64,000 nucleotides of DNA, from NCBI RefSeq assembly GCF_009914755.1, contig NC_060925.1; one strand, given 5' to 3'. The position numbers were made by a program, and so were the translations under genes. A model generated the notes under the pieces. That model searched no databases and was not told the DNA's origin. It saw only the letters and a list, made by a program, of their open reading frames with translations. Origin of the DNA: the human T2T-CHM13v2.0 reference genome, Homo sapiens. Below, in pieces: positions 54,645 to 64,000 of the stretch. Numbering within the stretch: position 1 is the stretch's first letter; each line of letters begins with the position of its first letter.

Positions 54645-54962
54645 CAGGCATAGGGGCTCATGCCTGTAATCCAAGCACTTTGGAAGGCTGAGGCAGGTGA
54701 ATCACTAGAGTCCGGAAATTTGAGACCAGCATGAGCAACCTGGAGAAACCCTGTCTCTACTAAAAAAAAAAAAAAAAAAAAAAACCAGCTGTGCATGGTG
54801 GCATGCATCTGTAGTCCCAGCTACTCAGGAGACTGAGGTGGGAAGATCACTTGAGCCTGGAAAGTCAAGGCTGTAGTGAGCTGTGATTGCACCACTGTAC
54901 TCCAGCCTCGGCCACAGAATGAGACCCTGTCTTACAAAAACAAACAAACAAACAAACAAAAA
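54645..54962 (+). mobile_element. AluJ-like element inside a MIR
   Basis: Dimeric Alu with long middle A-tract; flanked by aaatc(c/t)cacttt direct repeats. Confidence 0.88.
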
Positions 54963-55065
54963 TCTCACTTTGTCATTTCCTAGTTCAAAAACCTTAGTCA
55001 AATGGCTGCTCCGTTTCCTTATCTGTAGAGGCGGGACCGGCGTCTTGGGCCTACTGTGGAGATTA

Positions 55066-55908
<843 letters not shown>

Positions 55909-57539
55909 GCAGTATGAGACGGTGAAAGGAAAGCAGAGCGCCTGGCTTTGGGTGCCCGGCCAGTGGTGGCTGTTACTACTGAGGCTCAGAGAGATGAAGC
56001 AACTTGCCACAGGCCACACAGCCAGAAAGGAACGGGGCCAAGATTCAAGGCCAATCCTAACCCAACACACCATCCACTTTATCTTTCACAGAGGCTCTCT
56101 CCCACCCCATCCGGCCTGCCCTTCAGTGGAAACTGAGATGGGGCCCAGATTTGGGGTGGGACTTGGCTAAGGTCACACAGAAGGAGGCTGCCCCTCCTGA
56201 TGTGGAGGTGGCAGCATGGTGCCATCAGGCAGAGGCACTAGGAGTGGCCTGAGACACAGACCCAAGGAGGAGCCAGCGGTGGGGTTCAGGCCTGCACCTG
56301 CTGTCTCTAAGAGCAGAGGAGCTTCTGCCCGGTGCAGGGAGCCTGGGGCGGCTCTCCATGGCGATGTTCCTGCGAGCGTGGCAGTCGGTCCTAGCCCCAC
56401 TTAGTCACCCCAGGCAGCAGAGACCCTGTGCCATCCCCGCATTCACCTCCTGAGAAAGATCGGGAGGAAGCATGTCCTGAACGCTGCTTTATTGCAATAA
56501 ATTTGTGGAATCAGCTCATTACATTTAATTAGAATTATTTAATTAGAATCTTAATAAAAGAGTAGAGCAGGAAGGAGGCTGATGAACGGAGCTGAGGAGA
56601 GCCTTGCTGAGTGTGAGGAGCAGACCCAGCTGGGAGGTGGAGTGGGGGAGGGGCTGCCAGGATGCGAGCCTGGATGGCTAGGCAGAGGGGACGTGCCAGG
56701 ACCACCAGGACCTGGGCTGGGCTTTCCCTGACCTGTTCCTTACCAGGTGGCCCTGTGGGCAGGTCCTGGGCTGGTTTCCTGCCCTCAAGGAACTCGAGGT
56801 TCATGCAGGGAACAGACGAGGAGCCAGACAGTTACCACGCCCAGTGCAGGAGGCAGAGTCACATGCCAGCCAGAGATGAGCGTCGAGCCTGGTGTGCGGT
56901 TAGGAAGGCTTTCTACAGCAGGGAGGCCTGCGGTGAGACCTCACTGTGTTGAAGTTAGACGAGGAGGGGAAGGGCTCCAAGCAGGTGTGAGGGAAGGCGG
57001 AGCATTTGAGGCACCTGGCGGGGACAAGACAGGGTGCATAGCAGAGGCCTGGCGCCGGGTGGCAGGCTCAGGTCCCGGCATCACCGTGAGTTGGCTCTGG
57101 CAAGTGACCTGGGCAGGTTATGCCACCCTCGGAGCCTCATCTTCCCCATCTGTAAATGGGGGTGATAGTGGGGCTCTTGTGTGGATGAGAGGAGCTGCAG
57201 AGAGCACTTGGAACAGTGCCTGGCCCACGTCAGTGCGTGTGCACCAGCTATTGGGACTGTTGTTAGGATTGTCGCAGTGGAGGTCTCCAGCAGGTCATCA
57301 GTTACACAGGTCGGGAGCTCAGGGGGCATCTGGGCTGGGGACGTAGCTCTGTCATCAGTGAAGCGGCAGGTGTGGGTGAGCCCCCCACCTCCATTTGCTC
57401 TTTCCTCATTCCCTGAAAAAGACAGTTTTGTTCAGAGATCTCACCCCAACAGGGCTCTGGCTCTTCAGGGAACACTGGGAGAGTTATTTCCTCTCTCTCT
57501 CTCTGTCTCTCTCTCCTCAGCACACAAAGAAGCGGGTGA

Positions 57540-58330
57540 CCGTTGACTAAAGACAAAAATCAAGCTTTTAAAGCATTAAAATTAGTTTTATACAGAAGTC
57601 TTGCTGATGACTATAGACAGAGGCCTATGGCCCGCAAGCAGCCCTCCAGAGAGGGTTTGTCAGACAACTCCGGCACGGCATTTGAGCCCACTGCTGATAT
57701 GCAGCTGGTGGAGGTTCGGTAGTGCAAAATCACATTGAAATTTGGGTGCAGGAGTCCATCTGGTGATAGATTACAGAGGCATCATCACTAACCCCGTTAG
57801 ACATCATTACCTTATGTGTAGGAAAAGGCAAGGACTAGGATCGTTTGTCTTTTTTTTTTTCCTTAAGACAAGGTCTCACTCTGTCGCCCAGGCTGGAGTG
57901 CAGTGCAGTGGTGTGATCATGGCTCACTGCAGCCTCAACCTCCCCGGCCCAAGCGACCCTTCCACCTCAGCCTGTTGAATAGCTGGGACGACAGGCACAC
58001 ATGCCACTGCACCTGGCTAATTTATATATTTTTTGTAGAGATGAGGTTTCACCATGTTGCCCAGGCTGGTCTCAGACTCCTGAGACTCAATCAATCCATC
58101 CACCTTGGCCTCCCAAAGTGCTGGGATTACAGGTGTGAGCCACTGTGCCTGGTGTGGGGCCATTTATCTTTTAAAGAATATAGTGACTCAGGTGAGAGAC
58201 GTGAGGGTTTTGTCTTTAAAGCATCTTTCTGGAGAGCTGTACGTTGTCACAGAATCAGGGGCTTGTGAAATTATGCTGGCATGCAGAAATGAGAAACATG
58301 GCTTCTTAAATTTGTTACTTTGTCTTACGT
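57540..58330. mobile_element. ERV-type solo LTR relic interrupted by an Alu
   Basis: gttgactaaagacaaaaatcaagcttttaaag...gactatagac...tgtcagac resembles ERV1 MER-class LTR ends; family uncertain. Confidence 0.45.
57848..58153 (-). mobile_element. AluJ-like element
   Basis: Reverse dimeric Alu. Confidence 0.9.
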
Positions 58331-59616
58331 GACCCATGCTACCCCTTCAGAGGACCAGATCTGGGATGAAGCTAACAGTATGCAGTATGCCACCTCTCCA
58401 TGTGTTGTTTAAAGCCTTGACTTGTAGCGCTTGTCGATTTCCTAGTATAAATATGGCCACCATGGCCAATGTCAGGCTACCAACATGACATCACTTAACC
58501 TGGAGTTAAGATGCACACAGTCTGTTCTTGCAAGGCAGAAAGACCCAGCTCCAGCACCCCACTCGATGAGGCCAGCCCTGAGAACAGCAGAGCTGGGAGT
58601 GAAAAGCACCTGCACACAGATCTGCACCAGGATCCACCTCCACGTGCGCAGCTTTCTGTTACTTGAGGCCAAATGCGTCCCACACCCTGCAGGGCTGCAG
58701 GGCAAGAAGAGAAGAAAACCCAGGAGCAACCCAGAGGAACTGATAGGATTTAGGCAGCAGGCAGAGGAAGAGGAGGCGGCGAGCTCAGCTGCCGCTGTCA
58801 CGTGGTGATGCTAAGGGTCAGATTTTACATTTGGTTTTTCACAGACTTAATCCTGCTGCCATCAAAGATAAGAGAATTGTTTTCAGCACAGTTATAGAAA
58901 GTTCCTAGGCTCCAGTCCATGCCTTGAGCCAAGAATGTAGGGATTTAAGCTTGTTATTCTTTTTTCCTTGAATCGCCCAGTGCCACAGAAGCAGCTACCC
59001 CATCTCTGAAATCTTCGTGCCATTCATGTGTTCAATAGCAGTGTCGACTCAGACCCTCGAAGCTCTGCCTTCAATGGCACTTTTTTCCCAGATGGCCACA
59101 GGCCATAATTTAATTAATTAATATAACTTAATTAGCTGTTTCACCACTACATACCACAGCTGCTAGATTCTCATCCCTGAACGCTAACTGGATTTTCCCT
59201 TCCTTCAGCTCTGACTAGACCAGATCATCATTTCCCCAAGGGTATGGAGCTCGAAACCCACCCCCTCCAACCAATTTCCAAACCCGCCAGGTTTCTGAGT
59301 TGAAAACAATGGAAACTGACCCTCGCTAATTTAAGCAGAAAGGAACTTATTGGAAAGACACCAAGGAGCTCAGGCAATCGGCTGGAGAAGTGGGCTCAGA
59401 GAGAGAACAGCTGTCGAGGGAGGCTGGCAGTCAGGACACAGGCAGGGTGTCCCTACAGAAGATGTCTGCTTCTGTCTGTTCTGTCTGTTCTCCGCAGATT
59501 CAGGGTAGGCTCCTGGTGGATGGAGTCGGTGTCATGCCTGCTCCTAGCTGACTAGGGTGAACATCAGCTTCTGCATGGGAAGACAGAGCTGTCTCCTGTA
59601 AGGTTCACTAGGCTCG

Positions 59617-59730
59617 AGGCCGGGCACAGTGGCTCCTGCCTGTAATGCCAGCACTCTGGGAGGCTAAGGAGCACCACTGCACTCCAGCCTGGGTAACAGA
59701 ATGTCTCTAAAACAAAAAAAATAAATTAAA
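59617..59730 (+). mobile_element. Collapsed Alu (5' end fused to 3' end)
   Basis: ggccgggcacagtggctc...gggaggctaagg joined to agcaccactgcactccagcctggg. Confidence 0.85.
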
Positions 59731-59851
59731 AAGGGGGTTTGAATGCTGAGTGAGAAAAAAACAAAACAAAACCAAAAGCTAGAAATTATTCACCTTGGCT
59801 AGACACTGTGCTAACATTTTGGCTTCATTATCTCAATTTAATCTTCACAAT

Positions 59852-60146
<295 letters not shown>

Positions 60147-61639
60147 CACAATTATCTTTCAAGAGGTGTTGCTTTTATCAACCCCATTTTATAGATGGGG
60201 ACCAGGCTCTGAGTTTCTTCATCAGTAGTAACCCCAGGCTTTGGGGTACTGTGAGAACCCGGCAGGACACCATGAATCCCGGAAGGCTCAGAACCAGGCT
60301 CTGGAGGAGTTTCCCTAAATTGAGGCCAGCCTTAGTCTGTTGGCCTTAGCAAAAGCAGGAAGGGCCTGTCTAGACTGAGTACTTCCTAATTCTAGATGTT
60401 ACTGCCATTGGCCTGCTTGGGGGCCGGTCCTGGACCAAGAGGGTGCCGTGCTGGGCTGGAGAGCTTCTCACCAAAAGCAAATGGGGTGTGAGGAACATGT
60501 GTTCTCTGCCGGGCCTCAGCACATGGGCATTCTGTCGTGATGCTTGCTGTAGCCAGCAGCCTGGGGCGGGGGCACTGCTGAGTAAACTAGGAGGGCAGCT
60601 GAATTCTGAGAAGCAGAGAGGTAGGTATGGGCCCCTGGCCTCTTGAGCCAGGGAGAGGAGAGGGTTTCTGAAAAAGAGAGATACCAAACAGGGCCCAAGC
60701 ACTGACACAGGAGACTCCTGTGATGGTTCAGGTCTCCCCCATCAGACCAGGAGTTGCTGAATCCGGGGTGGTCTGTTTCCCTCTTCAGGCTGGAAGCTCT
60801 GAAGGGCAGAACTCTCGCTCCTCTGACACATCGGGAGCTCCTGTGTGCAGGGCCCTGTCTCCCACCTTGGGCTGAGGCTTCTAACGGCAGGGCGTCTCTT
60901 CCCTCCAACTAGGGCACCTGAAGGGCTAAGTGTTCCAAGACAGCAGTGTCAGCAAAGGCTGCGCAGATTTGAGGAGTGGGACCGGCAGAGCTGGATGAAA
61001 CCTGACTATGCTGAAGGGGAAATGGAGACCCCGGGAGGGGCAGGGACCTGCTGAGTGCCTCCCCCAGGCAGTAGCTGACCTGGACCGCATCCCGGTACTC
61101 CTGCTGAGGTAGGAGGATTTGGGGTAAAGAGACAAAGTGTGGCCTTAGGAATACAGCCCCCAGAGCCAGGCAGGAGGGGGCAGCCCCGTAGGGCTCAGGT
61201 TCAAGCATGAGGCTGCCAATACTGCCCCTTGGAAGCGCCTCTGTTGTTCTGTCCTGGATGTTTGAGTCCTTGGCCAGCTTCCTGGGCAACGGCCTCATCC
61301 CGCTGAGATGGACAGATGTGCACAGCTGGGGGAGGGGCTTGGTGAAATCCAGCCCCACCCAGCGCAGGCCTGGGCTTCCCAGGGGTGGAACTTATCTGGG
61401 TTCTGGTCCTGATCTCTGCCTTGGCCCTGTTGTGCAGCCCTGGGCAGTGCCATGGCTTCCCCTTGGGCCTCAGTTTTCTTGTCTCTCAAATAAGGGAAGC
61501 TCTTCATTCTTTCATCAGACATTGACTGAGTTGGTACGTCCTTGGCCCACTGACTCCAATATTTGGGGATGCATTATCTGGTTCTAAGATACTTCCCCCG
61601 CTCTATTTTAAAATTTATTTCAAAAAATTATGGTAGAAT

Positions 61640-61935
<296 letters not shown>

Positions 61936-62108
61936 TACCATTTTGACTTTTTAAAGTATACAGTTCAATGGCATTACATACACTGACATTGTTGTACAGC
62001 CTTCCCCACTGTCTATCTCCAGAACTTTTTCATCACCTTAGACTTGAATCCCCATCCTTTTAAAAATAACAGCTTTATTGTGATATAATTCACATATCAT
62101 ACAACTCA

Positions 62109-62420
<312 letters not shown>

Positions 62421-62492
62421 ATTCCATTCCACTCTCTTTTTGTTTGCATGGTTTCTGAGAAGTTGGATATAATTATCTTTGCTCCTCTGTAG

Positions 62493-62823
<331 letters not shown>

Positions 62824-64000
62824 AGGTTTTTTTGGGATTAAAAAAAATCTTTGGTATTCTGTTGTTTGCAAATAATATGCTAGGTGTAGATTTGTTATTG
62901 TTGTTGTATTTATCCTGCTTGGTATTCTCTGAGCTTCCCGGATCTGTAGTTTGGTGCTTGACATAAATTTGGAAAACTTCTGTTATCATTGTTTCAAATA
63001 TTGCTTCCATTCCTTTCTCTTTGTCATCTCTTTCTGGTATGCCCATTATATGTATGTTACACCTTTTGTAGTTTCCCATCCCTATCCATTAGAAACCCCT
63101 ATGCCATCCTCCACCATGTCTCTGCACTCCCAACCCCCGAGCCTTAGGCAACCACTAATCTGCTTTCTGTCTCTGTGAATTTGCCTGTTCTGGACATTTC
63201 ATATAAATGGATTCCTATGACATGTGTGGTCTTTTGTCTGGCTTCTCTCGCTCTGTGGGATGTTTTCAAGTTTCGTCACGTTGTAGCACATGCCAGTGCT
63301 TCGTGTCTCCCTCTCTATTTTTAACATCTGGCTTCTCCAGCACAGGGGCTGAGAGAACAGGGGCTTGACGGGCAATTTCTCCTTCTTCATCCACCCAGAC
63401 CGTGCTCCTGTCTGTGGGTTGAGCCTGTCAGCTGCCAAGGTCCTCCGCGTGGCAGGTGTCTGAACGCTGGCTCTGTGGGAACATGTGTGTGCTCTTTGGA
63501 GGTCCCGTGGGGGCCTCAGCCTCCACAGTCACCTGATGTGGTTATCTGGCTCCTAGATAACCTCTTCCAATGCCCCCCAACCCCCTGCGCTTGCCTGCAG
63601 CAGTCCGCCCCATGGTTCCTGTTGCTGGGGCCCCTTGTGTGGTGGGTGTCTTCTTGGTTGGGTCCCAAAAGATGGTACAAGTTCAGTTTTTTTTTTCTGT
63701 GTTCTCTGCTGGCCTCAGCAAATGGCAGGCATGTGGACTGCTTTATTGCCAGCACCTTCCACCCTGCCATTTCTCTCCACTACTCTCTTCCCCTGCTCAG
63801 ACAGGCCCAGGGACAGAGCAAGTTGGCCACACCAGCAGAGGTCCCCAGGAGGGAGATGCCAGTCTTGCCTCTCAGCAGGGACCTTCCTACCTCCATAATA
63901 ACATGTGATTTTCTTGGTGCCTCTCCCACTGGGCTTGGTTGAGAGGGGTCTTGGGTGGTGGGGAAGAGGAGAGAAAATCCACAGCTTCCATATGAAGCTG

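Noticed and set aside
58485-58808. 107-aa ORF with KKRRK and EEEEAASSAAA
   Set aside because: Looks like an NLS plus acidic patch but has no supporting gene structure or recognisable homology.

Overview
This is primate, almost certainly human, genomic DNA containing the complete LDLRAP1 (ARH, autosomal recessive hypercholesterolaemia adaptor) gene on the + strand. It has a CpG-island promoter at about 22.7-23.9 kb and nine coding exons: 23037-23124, 33260-33402, 34198-34310, 36491-36605, 41981-42053, 42407-42490, 42998-43128, 44510-44544 and 46185-46329. These splice with GT-AG boundaries into an intact 927-nt CDS (308 aa: PTB domain, LLDLE clathrin box, AP-2 beta2-binding helix). A 3' UTR of about 1.9 kb ends after AATAAA at 48198. 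The rest is intergenic or intronic sequence rich in Alu, MIR, L1, MaLR/ERV LTR and hAT DNA-transposon relics, plus a degenerate TG-rich repeat of about 1.3 kb. I found no other credible protein-coding gene and no evidence of a wholly new system. The best leads are regulatory or isoform-level: an AT-rich, homeodomain-motif-dense element in intron 4; an intron-6 poly(A) signal that would give a PTB-only ARH; exon-8 skipping that would escape NMD and remove AP-2 binding; alternative N-termini; and a cluster of miR-9/miR-124/miR-17/miR-27/miR-128 seed sites in the 3' UTR. Repeat family names come from memory of consensus sequences, not from a search, and repeat boundaries are approximate.
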